NCBI GenBank assembly: GCA_963748815.1 | Contig: CAVVKJ010000006.1 | Location: forward strand, 91,800-155,799 | Reading direction: 5' to 3' | Source: an uncultured Gemmatimonadales bacterium | Lineage (GTDB): Bacteria > Gemmatimonadota > Gemmatimonadetes > Gemmatimonadales > GWC2-71-9 | Length of the DNA: 64,000 nt | Part shown: positions 9,974 to 20,739 of the stretch, piece by piece | Position numbering within the stretch: the stretch's first letter is position 1 | How the letters are laid out: each line of letters starts with the position of its first letter | Notes under the pieces: generated by a model | Databases searched by the model: none | The model's input: only the letters and a program-made list of their open reading frames with translations | What the model was told of the DNA's origin: nothing | Position numbers and translations under genes: made by a program

Positions 9974-12078
9974 CAGTTGCCCGTCATTTCGGTGGCGAGC
10001 GCCCCGGCGCCATAGACCTTGCGGAGCGCCTCGATGATCGCCCGGCTGTCCACCCACACCGACCGCGCGACCCGCTCGGTGTAGAGGAACCGATTCGGGA
10101 GCATCTCGATGTTGCCGTCGAAGATGAGGCCGATCACCTCGGCGTTCTTGTTGATGACCGGGCTCCCCGAGTTGCCGCCGATGATGTCCGGCGTGCCCGC
10201 CACGTTGAACGGCGTCGCCAGGTCGAGCGCGCCGCGATTGGTCACCCAGCGCGACGTGAGGTCGAACGGCGGGACGCCGTTGAACCCGGCCGACCGGTCG
10301 TACATCCCGTAGAAGGTGGTGAACGGCTGCGCGATGGTGCCGTTGTAGGGATACCGGAGGATCTCGCCGTCGGAAATGCGGAGGCTGAACGTCGCGTCGG
10401 GGGCGACGCTGTTTCCATACACGGCGAGGAGCGCCCGCGCCACGAGTTCATCCTGCTCGGCCTCGCGGTCGGCCAGGTCCGTCCATTGCGTCTGGACCGC
10501 CCGATCCAGGGGATCGATCGTGGCGGCCAGCCTGACGTATGGATCCTTCGACGCCGCGATCGCCGAGGCGCCACCGGCCATCAACGCCTCCCGCTCGGCG
10601 GCCGTGGAGATCTGGGAACCGCGGACCATCTCCGCGGCCGCGCTGGCCGGCGTGCGGCCGGCCAGCGCCGCCTTCAGGACCGGATCGGTGGCCGGGAGCG
10701 CCGCTTGCATCGCCTCGAACCATTGGGTCAGGAGCAGGCGCTCCTGCAGCGTGTCGATCGGCGTGGTGGAACCGATCGCTCGGTCGCGCATCGCCTTGCG
10801 CGAGTCCTGGTAGAGGGGCATCCGCGCCGAGTCAGGCTTGGCCGCTTCGGCAGGAGCCCGGACGATGAGTCCCGCCAGCTGCAGGAGCCGGGTGCCGTAG
10901 GCGTTGAAGGAATAGAACCGGCGCTTCGCGTCAAGCTGCCGCATGGAGGCGCGGGCCTGCTCGATTTCCTTCCACGGGTCGCCGTACGCCTTCTTGTACG
11001 CCGCGTTCGAGCTGACCGAGTGGCGGAAGTTGGTCTCCCAGGCGCTCTTCTGGCTCATGAGCTTGGGATCGAGCAGTCCCGACTGGTACCCACCCACCGC
11101 CTTCTGCGAGTTCTCCAGCCCGAAAATCGTGTTGCGAAGCGCCTTGGCCCGGGTGGAATCCATGGCAGAGAGCTGGTGGTACACGGCAATCTGGCGCTTG
11201 TAGCCGTCGAGCGAGGCCGGATAGGTCAGGTCGCGCAGGTATTCGATCTGCGCCATGGTGTTCAGCCGCCCCGTGGAGCCGGGGTTGCCGGTCACGAAGA
11301 CGAGGTCCTTTTCCTGGCTTCCCGTCTGGGCCCACTTGAAGTACTCGGTGCTGGCCGGCTTGCCGTCCACGTACGCGCGGACCATCGCCATGTCCAGGTC
11401 GTAGCGGGGATAGGTGAAGTTGTCCGGGTCGCCGCCGAAGAAGGCCGTCTGGCTCTCGACCGCGAACACCAGCCGGAGATCGGTGAAGCGGTGAAAGCGA
11501 TAGAGCATGTACTTGCCGCCCCGGTACATCGTGACCACCTGGCAATTGGCGTTCGCGACATCCTTCTCGCAGGCCGCCTGGATTCGTTCGATCGCCTCGG
11601 CGCGCTTCGCGGCCGCGACCGTCGGCGAACTCCCCGCCGGCACCGCCTTCGTGACCTCCGCGGTCACGTCGGTGATCTGCTGCAGCTGGTCGGCCGTCAT
11701 CCCCTGGCAGGCCCGCTCGTCTTCCCGCCGCGCGGCATAGAACCCGTCGCCCAGGAGGTCCTCGCCGGTCTTGGTGGCGGACTCGACGCAGGCGCGCGCG
11801 CAGTGGTGGTTCGTCATGATCAGCCCATTCGGCGAGACGAACGACGCCGAGCAACCGGGAATCCGCAACGAGCTGAGCCGCACATGATCCAGCCACTGGG
11901 GCGTGGCGTCGAAGCCGTAGCGCTTGGCCCAATACGCGAGCGGCGGCTGGTCGAAGGTCCACATCTTCCCGGTCTCAAGCCCGGGATACTCGCTCGGAGC
12001 CCAGGTATCCTGTGCGGTCAGCGGGGCGGCCATCAGGAATCCGGCGACGGCCAGCAGCGGAAGGAAACGGCGATACAT
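9973..12078 (-). CDS. S46 family dipeptidyl peptidase
   Basis: Signal peptide; GKMWT, CSASFVS..GLIMTNHHC, DIIGGNSGSP. Confidence 0.92.
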   Translation of the reverse strand: MYRRFLPLLAVAGFLMAAPLTAQDTWAPSEYPGLETGKMWTFDQPPLAYWAKRYGFDATPQWLDHVRLSSLRIPGCSASFVSPNGLIMTNHHCARACVESATKTGEDLLGDGFYAARREDERACQGMTADQLQQITDVTAEVTKAVPAGSSPTVAAAKRAEAIERIQAACEKDVANANCQVVTMYRGGKYMLYRFHRFTDLRLVFAVESQTAFFGGDPDNFTYPRYDLDMAMVRAYVDGKPASTEYFKWAQTGSQEKDLVFVTGNPGSTGRLNTMAQIEYLRDLTYPASLDGYKRQIAVYHQLSAMDSTRAKALRNTIFGLENSQKAVGGYQSGLLDPKLMSQKSAWETNFRHSVSSNAAYKKAYGDPWKEIEQARASMRQLDAKRRFYSFNAYGTRLLQLAGLIVRAPAEAAKPDSARMPLYQDSRKAMRDRAIGSTTPIDTLQERLLLTQWFEAMQAALPATDPVLKAALAGRTPASAAAEMVRGSQISTAAEREALMAGGASAIAASKDPYVRLAATIDPLDRAVQTQWTDLADREAEQDELVARALLAVYGNSVAPDATFSLRISDGEILRYPYNGTIAQPFTTFYGMYDRSAGFNGVPPFDLTSRWVTNRGALDLATPFNVAGTPDIIGGNSGSPVINKNAEVIGLIFDGNIEMLPNRFLYTERVARSVWVDSRAIIEALRKVYGAGALATEMTGN

Positions 12079-12137
12079 GAGGAACTCCACGAGGAGATGA
12101 GAAGAGGCCGCCGAGGGGCGGTCGAAGACGGGGCGGC

Positions 12138-12698
12138 CTAGCGGGGCCAGAGCCAGCCGAACACGCCGGCGGTCAGCAACCCGAACACCAGCCCATCGAA
12201 CATCTCGCGGGCGGTGCTGCCCCACGAGCGTGAAAACCAGATTGCGCCGGGCACCACCGCCGCCGCATAGGCGAGGGTGGCCACCGAGCCAACCACGCGG
12301 AACACAGGAAGATACGGCGCGCCGGCGGGCAGAGTGTGAGAAGCGATGTAACCGACCGTGAAGGAAACACCGAGCGTGTACAAGAAGTACTGCCCCAGCG
12401 ACTTGCCCATTTTCGGCCGGCCCGGCGCCCCGAGGATGAGGAACCCCATCGGGCCCGCCTCCGCCTTGGCCTGCCAGGCGGGGTCCTTCATTGCGTCCCG
12501 CGAGTCACAGTGCGGGAAGTTGTACTGGCCCACGCCGACCCCCGTGTCGCGCAGCGCCGCCAGCACCCTGTCCTCGTCGGGCAGTCGGGCCCAGTCGCCC
12601 CGATGGTGGGGCAGCACCATCCACATCACGAAGCCGCCCACGTGGATGAGTACCGCGGCAAGGACGATCGGGAGCCAGAGATCGACGAGCGTCACCAT
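12138..12698 (-). CDS. Conserved hypothetical membrane protein (about 4 TM)
   Basis: GGAGG RBS; hydrophobic helices; LPHH.DW..LPDED motif. Confidence 0.7.
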   Translation of the reverse strand: MVTLVDLWLPIVLAAVLIHVGGFVMWMVLPHHRGDWARLPDEDRVLAALRDTGVGVGQYNFPHCDSRDAMKDPAWQAKAEAGPMGFLILGAPGRPKMGKSLGQYFLYTLGVSFTVGYIASHTLPAGAPYLPVFRVVGSVATLAYAAAVVPGAIWFSRSWGSTAREMFDGLVFGLLTAGVFGWLWPR

Positions 12699-12737
12699 GG
12701 GACCTCCAGGAGGGGGTGGGGGTCGGTCGCGAGCCTC

Positions 12738-13031
12738 TCAGAGTGCGTCGAGCCGCTCCCGCCCGAACACCGGGTTCCAGGGCAGGAGTTCATACGAGGC
12801 GATGCCAAGCAAGGTGAACGGATCACGGTCCCGCACGCCCTCCAGCACGGCGGCGGAGCCCTCGTCGGGCAGTCGGAGGAGGACCGCGCCCCCCACCCGT
12901 GGCTCGAAGGGCCCCGACGCCAGGAGCACGCCCGCCGCCTCGAGCTCCCGCAGGTACGCGCGATGCGCGTCGAGGTGGACAAGCACCTCATCCAGTGGCT
13001 TCAGGTACCGGATCAGCGCGAGGGCGTACAT
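12738..13031 (-). CDS. YciI family protein
   Basis: HRAYL, LASGP, DPF motifs; 97 aa. Confidence 0.88.
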   Translation of the reverse strand: MYALALIRYLKPLDEVLVHLDAHRAYLRELEAAGVLLASGPFEPRVGGAVLLRLPDEGSAAVLEGVRDRDPFTLLGIASYELLPWNPVFGRERLDAL

Positions 13032-13069
13032 CGCCTAACGATCCGCCCCCGCGCCCTCGGCGCAAGGGG

Positions 13070-13585
13070 TCAATTTCCGCCCCGGACGTCCAGCAGTTCG
13101 ACCTCGAAGACGAGAGTCGCGTTCCCGGGGATGCTGGCGCCCATGCCACTCGCGCCATATCCAAGCTGCGGCGGAATGACCAGGAGCCGCTTCCCGCCGA
13201 CTCGCATCCCGGCCACCCCCTCGTCCCAGCCGTCAATCACCCGCCGCTGGCCGAGCGGAAAGGAAAACGGCCTGCCGGTGTTCTTGTTGCTGTCGAACGG
13301 GTTGCCGTTGGCCAGCCACCCGGTGTATTCCACGACCGCGGTGGTGCCGCGAACGGCCTGGGCGCCGGTTCCCTCAGTCAGGTCCTTCCAGTAGAGCCCG
13401 CTCTCGGTGCGTGCCATCATGTCGAGGTCGACGTTCAGTGTCGGGTTGTACGTGAGTGTTTCCGGCGCCCCCACGTTGGGGTTCCCGGACGTCTTCGATT
13501 GTGCGGTGAGCGGTTTCGAACGGACCGCATCGAGGGTGCAACCCGGCAGCATCAGGAGGGCAAGCAAGAGTACGGCTCGGCGCAT
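13070..13585 (-). CDS. FKBP-type peptidyl-prolyl isomerase, lipoprotein
   Basis: YTGWL, FDS, VIDGWDEG, IPPQLGYG, LVFEVEL; lipobox LPGC. Confidence 0.95.
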   Translation of the reverse strand: MRRAVLLLALLMLPGCTLDAVRSKPLTAQSKTSGNPNVGAPETLTYNPTLNVDLDMMARTESGLYWKDLTEGTGAQAVRGTTAVVEYTGWLANGNPFDSNKNTGRPFSFPLGQRRVIDGWDEGVAGMRVGGKRLLVIPPQLGYGASGMGASIPGNATLVFEVELLDVRGGN

Positions 13586-15359
13586 CAGGAACTCCTTGAG
13601 AGATGGGCGCGGGCGAGGGACAACCCCTCTTCCAGGGTGGCCGCAAAGGCAAGCCGCCCTGGCGAGGGCACGATGCCCACTCGCGCCAGGAACTTCGCGG
13701 GCTGATCCTGCACCCGCACGAGAATGACCAGCGTCTGGTCGAGCGCCAGCCGGGCCAGCGCCGACTCCAGGTTCACCATTCCAGTCGCGTCGATGACCGG
13801 CACCGCGCCCAACTCCAGCAGCACGACCCCAGCCTCACCCGCGCTCGCATGCAGCGAGTCCATCGCCTTCTCGGCGGCCCCGAAAAAGAGCGGACCCGCA
13901 ATTTCATACAGGACGGCCCCGGATGGAACCGGCCCCCGGAGGGCGGGGTGCTCCCCCTCCTCCACCAGGCGGGCACCGGACAGGTCCGCCATCCGGCGCA
14001 TGAACAGGACGGCCGCCAGCAGCACCCCGGCCGTGACCGCGACCGTCATGTCGAATATGACCGTCAGGAAGAAACAGGTGAGCAGGACAAGCGCGTCGCT
14101 CCGCGGCGCCACCCGGAGCACCCGGAGGACGTGGGGGAGATCGCTCATGTTCCAGGCGACCAGCAGCAGCAGGGCGGCGAGCGACGCCATGGGGAGCGTA
14201 CCCAGCAGGGGCGCCAAGGCAAGCATTGCCGCCAGCACCACCACGCTGTGGAAGATCGCGGCCACCGGCGAGCGGCCGCCGGCCCGGAAATTCGTGGCCG
14301 TCCGGGCGATGGCCCCGGTCGCGGCGAACCCGCCAAAGAACGGCGCGATGAGGTTTCCTGTCCCCTGCGCAACCAACTCGGCGTTCGGGTCGTGCCGAGT
14401 CCCCGCCATCCCGTCGGCCACCACCGCCGAAAGAAGCGATTCGATCGCCCCGAGCACGGCAATGGCGAAGGCTCCGGGAAGAAGATTCTGCACCAAGTCG
14501 AAGGAGAGCGTCAGCGGCTCCCCCCGGGTCCGGACATCCGCCAGGGCAGTACCGGCATCGGCGGCAGGCGCGGGATTCCGGTATGGACCACGCCATCCAC
14601 CAGGTACTGGAATCGGCTTCCGATAGTGGCCACCTCGAACCCAGGAAGCAGCTGCCGCATCACCGCGACGCCGATGGCGGCCGCCACCAGGGCGACCAGC
14701 GGCGCGGGGACCTTGGTCCGGGCCCGGGGCCAGGCGATGAGAATCGCCAGCGTTGCCGCTCCCACGACCGCCTCCTCCCAGCGCGCCGACGGTAGCGCCG
14801 CCACCAAGCCTGCCACACGGTCGGCGAAGTGCTCCGGTGCGCCGGCCGGGGTGAGGCCGAAGAAGTCCTTGACCTGGAGGACCGCGATCACCAGGGCGAT
14901 GCCAGCGGTGAAGCCCGCCGTCACCGGCAACGGAATGAACTGAATGAGCTTGCCCATCCGCGCGACACCGAATCCCACCAGAATGGCGCCGGCCATCATC
15001 GTGGCGATCAACAGACCACCGATGCCGAACCGATGGACGATCGGGACCAGGATGACCACGAACGCAGCGGTGGGGCCGGAAACCTGCAGCCTCGACCCGC
15101 CCAGCGCGGCAATGATGGCACCGGCGACGATCGCGGTATAGAGCCCGTGCTGTGGCGGGACCCCGGCCGCGATGGCGAGCGCCATCGACAGCGGCAGGGC
15201 CACCACGCCGACCACGAGGCCTGCAAGCAGGTCGCTGCGAAGGGCCTTGCGACTGTAGCCCTCTGCCAGGACTCCGCGGAGCGCTGTAGCCGGGCGGAGT
15301 TCGAAATCGGGGAAGAGTTCGCGCGCCTGGCGGAACCGTGAGTGCGGCGCCCGGCTCAT
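13585..15359 (-). CDS. dauA: SulP/SLC26 anion (C4-dicarboxylate) transporter with STAS domain; one frameshift near 14520
   Basis: GVVALPLSMALAIAAG, VSGPTAAF, AIESLLSA, STAS GPLFFG and DATG; adding one G to the G6 run joins the two ORFs. Confidence 0.85.
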
Positions 15360-15889
15360 GAGGTCGGCAACCCTGCGTCCCGCCGGATGCGCCGGACCTG
15401 CCTGGCGTGGTGCCGGATATGCCCGGCGTAGAACGTCACGCCCGTTCCGACCCCCACCCACCCCCCGATCGGGTGCCGGAACATCGCAGCACGGGTGTCC
15501 GTTTCCGTGACGGAGTCGAGAAAGAGTTCGAGGCCACGGCGCGCCTCCATCCATCGTGCTTCCAGCTCCGCGAGCCCCACACCGCCCTGGGGAAGCACCC
15601 TGGCCACCGGCACCTTGACCCGGAGATCCGTCCGCATCACCAGGAGCACCAACGCCATCCGAACCCGCGCGAGCGGGGTGATCGTGGTTCCCGGCGGCGG
15701 CCCCTTCAACATGCCGAGCAGGCTCTTCTCCTCGGCAAGGACGAGGTGTTCGGTCACGTCGAGCATCGACCAGGAGGCCGGCTCCGGTCGGAACGACCGT
15801 TGCGCGTCCGTCGCCAGCCGGATCGGGGTCAGGAACGCCTCACGCACGGCGTCCAAGGTTGCCAGTCGATGTGCCAAGTCGGGGAGCAT
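15356..15889 (-). CDS. DinB family protein
   Basis: WS..DVTEHL, HP.GG, HxxHH motifs. Confidence 0.85.
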   Translation of the reverse strand: MLPDLAHRLATLDAVREAFLTPIRLATDAQRSFRPEPASWSMLDVTEHLVLAEEKSLLGMLKGPPPGTTITPLARVRMALVLLVMRTDLRVKVPVARVLPQGGVGLAELEARWMEARRGLELFLDSVTETDTRAAMFRHPIGGWVGVGTGVTFYAGHIRHHARQVRRIRRDAGLPTS

Positions 15890-15906
15890 GCCGGTCGTCT
15901 CGCTGT

Positions 15907-17148
15907 TCAGGAAGTCAGGCGGCGTCGCGCACCAAGCCCTGCGGCCCGGCCCGTCGCCCACGCCCAGTGAAAGTTGAAGCCGCCAATCGGCCCGAACGCA
16001 TCCAGCACCTCGCCACAGAGATACAGCCCGGGCGTCCGCCGGCTCTCCATCGTGACCGGGTCAATCTCGGACAATGCCACGCCGCCTCCTGTGACTTCCG
16101 CTTTCCGGTACCCCTCGTCGCCGGTGATCGGAAGCGGCAACGCCGTGAGCGCCGTCAGCAGCGAGGCGCGCTCCTCGCGCCGCAACTGGGCCTGCGTCCG
16201 ATCGGCCGGCACGCCCGCCTCCTCAAGCAACGCCACGGCGAGCCGTTCGGGCAGCTCGCGGCGGAGGAGCGTCGCGACCTGCGCGCGGCCGCCATCGTCG
16301 AACGCACGCCCCCAGTCCTCCCGGGTCAGCCGCCCCCACCGCGCCACGATGGCCGGGCGCGCGCCGGGGCGTGGACGAGTGAAGATGTGAGAAATGTTGA
16401 GCACGGCCGGCCCGCTGAATCCACGGTGGGTGAAGAGTAATCCCTGCGGGGGGGCGTAGCGCGGCGTCTCCGGGGGCGCAGCGAGCTCAGCCTGCAATGA
16501 CACGCCCGACAGGTCGGTCCACCGGGCCACATCGGTGATCAGGGGCGTCAGCGCCGGGTAGGTGGGATGCGTCGCATGCCCGAGCGCTTCCAGGAGCCGC
16601 AGTCCCGTCCCGTCGCTGCCGGTGTTCGGCACGCTGAGGCCGCCGGTCGCCACCACCACCGTCCGGGTCCGCAGCGCCTCACCCGCAGCCAGCCCCACTT
16701 CCCAGACCCCGCCAGCCGGTGCCAGCCGCGTCACGCTCGAATTGAAGCGAATGTCCACCCCGAGCCCGCGCGCATGCTCCACCAGGCGGTCTCGCACGTC
16801 CCGGGCCCGGTTCGAAACGGGGAAGAGCTTGCCCGACTCCTCTTCGAGGACGAGCGGCAGGTGCAGTTCGTCCTCGAAGAACCGCCGCTGCGCGGCGAGA
16901 GGCCAGCCACGGAGAATCTTGCGCAGCGAGTTCGGGGAGGAGTCAGTGACAAACCACTCGGCCTTCACTACGGAGGGAAGGATGTTGCACCGACCCCCGC
17001 CGCTGATCAGGATCTTCCGCCCGCCGTCACGGGTCCGCTCGAGGAGAATGACGCGACGCCCCTCGCCGGCCGCAAAGGCGGCGGCAAGCAACCCCGCGGC
17101 CCCGGCGCCGACAACGACCAGATCGGCCACCGGAGCCGAAGCAGTCAC
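15907..17148 (-). CDS. HI0933/BaiN-family flavoprotein
   Basis: GAGAAG, GRKILISGGGRCN, LFTH.G.SGP, GGFNF. Confidence 0.92.
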   Translation of the reverse strand: MTASAPVADLVVVGAGAAGLLAAAFAAGEGRRVILLERTRDGGRKILISGGGRCNILPSVVKAEWFVTDSSPNSLRKILRGWPLAAQRRFFEDELHLPLVLEEESGKLFPVSNRARDVRDRLVEHARGLGVDIRFNSSVTRLAPAGGVWEVGLAAGEALRTRTVVVATGGLSVPNTGSDGTGLRLLEALGHATHPTYPALTPLITDVARWTDLSGVSLQAELAAPPETPRYAPPQGLLFTHRGFSGPAVLNISHIFTRPRPGARPAIVARWGRLTREDWGRAFDDGGRAQVATLLRRELPERLAVALLEEAGVPADRTQAQLRREERASLLTALTALPLPITGDEGYRKAEVTGGGVALSEIDPVTMESRRTPGLYLCGEVLDAFGPIGGFNFHWAWATGRAAGLGARRRLTS

Positions 17149-17993
17149 TTCGGCTCCACAGGCAAGTCAGCGTGGCCGCCCCACTCGGTCCAAGCGCCAT
17201 CGTAGAGCGCGCCCGCCGGCGCCCCCAGCACCTCCAAGGCGAGCAGAATGGCACACGCCGAGGTACCGGAACCGCACATTGCCACCACGGGACGATGCAG
17301 ATCCACGCCGCTCGCGGCCAGGCGCGCACGGAGCGCCCCCGGAGCGAGGAGGCGCCCTGACTCGTCCACGAGGTCGGCGTACGGGAGGCTGAGTGCGCCC
17401 GGCATGTGCCCACCCCGAACCCCGGGTCGCGGCTCCGGGTCGACGCCGTGAAACCGGCCGGCCGGCCGGGCATCGACCACCTGCGCCGACCGGGAGGCGA
17501 CGATCGCTTCCATCTCTGCGAGCGAACGCACCTGCGCGGAACGGAGCACCGCGCGGAAATCGCCACCTGCCGCGGGTGACGGCTCCCCGACCTGAACCGG
17601 ACGCCCCTCGCTCATCCAGGCCGCCAGCCCGCCGTCGAGCACGGACACCCGCGCGTGCCCGAACACCCGGAACATCCACCACACCCGGGCGGCACTGAGG
17701 TTGACGCCGGAACCGTCATAGACGATGACCTCGGAGCCGGCCGAAACTCCAAACTCCTGGGCCGCCGATTCGAACTCCGTGGCGGTCGGGAGCATGTGCG
17801 GCAGGGTGGTGGCATGGTCGCTGAGGAGATCGAGATCGAAGAACCGAGCCCCGGGGAGGTGCCCCATGAGGTACTCGGCGCGGGCATCTCGCGCCGAGGT
17901 GGGGAGGTACCAGCTGGCATCCAGCACGACGAGCGCGGGGTCCCGGAGGCGATCCTGCAGAGCTGCGGCGCCGATCAACGGCGGAAAGGGCAT
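17145..17993 (-). CDS. sseA: 3-mercaptopyruvate sulfurtransferase (tandem rhodanese)
   Basis: LDASWY, HLPGA.FFD, CGSG, YDGAWTEW. Confidence 0.92.
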   Translation of the reverse strand: MPFPPLIGAAALQDRLRDPALVVLDASWYLPTSARDARAEYLMGHLPGARFFDLDLLSDHATTLPHMLPTATEFESAAQEFGVSAGSEVIVYDGSGVNLSAARVWWMFRVFGHARVSVLDGGLAAWMSEGRPVQVGEPSPAAGGDFRAVLRSAQVRSLAEMEAIVASRSAQVVDARPAGRFHGVDPEPRPGVRGGHMPGALSLPYADLVDESGRLLAPGALRARLAASGVDLHRPVVAMCGSGTSACAILLALEVLGAPAGALYDGAWTEWGGHADLPVEPK

Positions 17994-18071
17994 CGTGAAT
18001 CTTAGTTTGCCCCGGCGCCGGGCCACAATACTATTCCCCGTCCCACATCCCCCGACGCCGGAGCCCTGTCC

Positions 18072-19667
18072 GTGACACCCAGCCGAGCCGAGCGACTCGC
18101 CGCCGCCCTCCTGATCATCGGGGCGTTCGCGGTCGTGCTCGCGGTGGTGCCGCATCGGACCTTCGAGCTCGACCGGTTCTTTCTTCCCAAGGAAGTCGTG
18201 CTCCACGCGACGGCGCTCCTGGTCACGCTGCTGGTCATCCCGGGCCGCCGGGAGTGGACCTGGACGCGCGTTGACCTGTTCCTCCTCGGCTACCTCGTGC
18301 TGACCATCGTGTCCGCCCTGCTCGCCACCAACGGCTGGCTCGCCCTTCGGGCGTTCGGCATCACCTGGTCGGGGCTGCTCCTCTTCTGGTCTGGACAGGA
18401 ACTCGCCCGCGCCGGCCTCGGCCGCACCATCGCGCTCGGGCTGGCCGCGGGGGCGGTCGTGGGAACTCTGACGGCACTGGGGCAGGCCTACGGCCTCCTG
18501 CACTCCGACCTCCTCAGCCTGACCCGGGCCCCTGGCGGCACCTTCGGCAACCGAAACTTCGTCGCTCACCTCGCGGCGATCGCGTTGCCGGTGTTGCTGG
18601 CCACCTCCCTTTCGGCCCGGACCCGCGCGGGGTACGTCCTGACGCTTGTGGCGACGCTGCTCTCCGTCGGCCTGCTCGTGCTCACCAGATCACGCGCCGC
18701 GTGGCTCGCGACCGCCGTCTCCGGTTTCGTCTTCCTCCTCCTCGCCCTCCTCCCCGGCGGCCTCTGGCGTGACGGGGTCGTCCGCCGCCGGCTGGTGGGC
18801 CCGCTCCTGGCCGTGGCGGCCGGAGCCGCCCTGGCGCTCCTGGTGCCGAACGCACTCGACTGGCGGAGCGACACGCCGTACGCCGACACCCTGAAGGGGC
18901 TGGCCAACTACCAGGAAGGGAGCGGCCGCGGCCGCATGCTCCAGTGGCGGAACAGCCTCACCCTGGTGCGCTCCGATCCGGTGCTCGGCGCGGGGCCCGG
19001 GAACTGGGCGGTCGAGTATCCTGCCGTCGTTGACGCGGAGGACCCGTCGCTCGACAGCGAAGGGATGGCCGCCAACCCGTGGCCCAGCAGTGATTGGATG
19101 GCGGTACTCTCGGAGCGAGGCATCCCGGCGCTCCTCCTCCTCACCGCGGCCGGCGCCCTCCTCTTTCTTGCGGGTGCGCGCGGCTGGATGGCGGGGCCTC
19201 GCAGCGTCGGTGATCTCGCGCCGCTGGTGCTGGCGAGCACGGTGGCCGCGACCGCAGTGGTCGGCGCCTTCGACGCGGTGCTTCTGCTCCCGGCGCCGGC
19301 GCTGTTCTTCTGGAGCCTGGCCGGCGTCCTGCGACCCGCCGACCCCTTTCCCCAGCGTCGAGCGGCGAGTTGGCAGTCGCGGGCGGGGGTGGCGCTGGTC
19401 GTGCTCGTGGTGGGGGCGGGGCTCACCTGGCGGAGCGTCCAGCAGGTGCGCGCCATGGAACTGATTGCCGTCTGGGGACGGTTGAGCACGCGCGCGGAGG
19501 CGGCGGCGATGGACCCCGGGAGCTACCGGATCCAGGTGATGGTGGCGCAGTCGTACCGGCGGCGCGGGCGGTGCAAGGATGCGATCCCGTTCGCCCGGCA
19601 GGCGGCCCACCTCTTCCCCGAGGCGGCGGAGCCGAGGACCATCCTCCGGGCCTGCGGGCAGCGCTGA
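18072..19667 (+). CDS. O-antigen ligase (Wzy_C) family membrane protein with TPR-like C-terminus
   Basis: GTFGNRN, LTRSRAAW, P.LG.GPG; many TM segments. Confidence 0.8.
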   Translation: MTPSRAERLAAALLIIGAFAVVLAVVPHRTFELDRFFLPKEVVLHATALLVTLLVIPGRREWTWTRVDLFLLGYLVLTIVSALLATNGWLALRAFGITWSGLLLFWSGQELARAGLGRTIALGLAAGAVVGTLTALGQAYGLLHSDLLSLTRAPGGTFGNRNFVAHLAAIALPVLLATSLSARTRAGYVLTLVATLLSVGLLVLTRSRAAWLATAVSGFVFLLLALLPGGLWRDGVVRRRLVGPLLAVAAGAALALLVPNALDWRSDTPYADTLKGLANYQEGSGRGRMLQWRNSLTLVRSDPVLGAGPGNWAVEYPAVVDAEDPSLDSEGMAANPWPSSDWMAVLSERGIPALLLLTAAGALLFLAGARGWMAGPRSVGDLAPLVLASTVAATAVVGAFDAVLLLPAPALFFWSLAGVLRPADPFPQRRAASWQSRAGVALVVLVVGAGLTWRSVQQVRAMELIAVWGRLSTRAEAAAMDPGSYRIQVMVAQSYRRRGRCKDAIPFARQAAHLFPEAAEPRTILRACGQR

Positions 19668-19736
19668 ACGCCCGGCGGCGAAACGAGCCGGTGAGCGGTA
19701 CCGTAGGGGGGAAATCGCCTCTTCCGGAGACAATCC

Positions 19737-20732
19737 ATGTCACTCGCGCGTCGCACGCTGACAGCGATGGTCGCCCTCGCCGGCACCGCCATTCCGCTTG
19801 CGGCACAGAGCCCGGGTCCCGTCGTCGTCGAATTCGTCATCCCCCGCCCGGGGAACTTTCCGCACGACCCCGCCGTCGGCTCCGACGGCATCGTCTGGTA
19901 CACCGACCAGACCAACAGCTACATCGGCCGCCTCGACCCTGTGACCGGGAAGTTCACCGACTTTGCCACGCCCACGCCGGAATCGGGGCCCCACGGCATC
20001 ACCGTGGCCGCCGACGGTTCCGTGTGGTACACCGCGCAGCGGACCGGCCTCCTCGGGCGACTCAACCCGAAGGACGGCTCGATCGATGAGTTCCCCCTCC
20101 CCTATGCAACGCGCAATCCCCACACCCCCATCGCGTACAAGGGCGTCATCTGGTACACCGACGCCAACAACAACACCTACGGCCGACTCGACCCCGCCAC
20201 CGGCAAGGTGGACGTCTGGACGATCCCGACGCCGAACACCCAACCCTACGGGATCTTCGCGGCCCCCGACGGCAGCATCTGGATCGCCCAGCTCAACACC
20301 AACCAGCTCGGCCGGGTCGATCCAACCACCGGGGCGCTCCGCGAGTATCCGCTCCCGGACCCCGCGGCGCGGCCACGACGTTTGACCACCACGCCCGACG
20401 GCACCGTGTGGTACACCGACTACGCCCGCGGGTACCTGGGCGCGCTCGACCCCGCGACGGGCAAGGTGCGCGAGTGGCCAAGTCCGGGCGGCGGAAACTC
20501 CGGGCCATATGGGATCAGCACGGGCACGGACGGGCGGATCTGGTACGACGAGGCGAGGACGGGCGACATGGTGGCGTTCGATCCGAAGACCGGCAAGATG
20601 ACCGTCGTGCCGATCCCCACGCCCGGGGCCATCGTCCGCCACATGGTGACGGACTGGGAGCGGGGGCGACTCTGGCTGGCGCTGAGTGGAACGGGCCGGA
20701 TCGGGGAGATCGACCTGGGGAAGCCCCGCTAG
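19737..20732 (+). CDS. Secreted Vgb (virginiamycin B lyase)-like beta-propeller
   Basis: Signal peptide; repeated P.GI...DG.VWYT...GRLDP.TG blades. Confidence 0.82.
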   Translation: MSLARRTLTAMVALAGTAIPLAAQSPGPVVVEFVIPRPGNFPHDPAVGSDGIVWYTDQTNSYIGRLDPVTGKFTDFATPTPESGPHGITVAADGSVWYTAQRTGLLGRLNPKDGSIDEFPLPYATRNPHTPIAYKGVIWYTDANNNTYGRLDPATGKVDVWTIPTPNTQPYGIFAAPDGSIWIAQLNTNQLGRVDPTTGALREYPLPDPAARPRRLTTTPDGTVWYTDYARGYLGALDPATGKVREWPSPGGGNSGPYGISTGTDGRIWYDEARTGDMVAFDPKTGKMTVVPIPTPGAIVRHMVTDWERGRLWLALSGTGRIGEIDLGKPR

Positions 20733-20739
20733 GCGGGGC

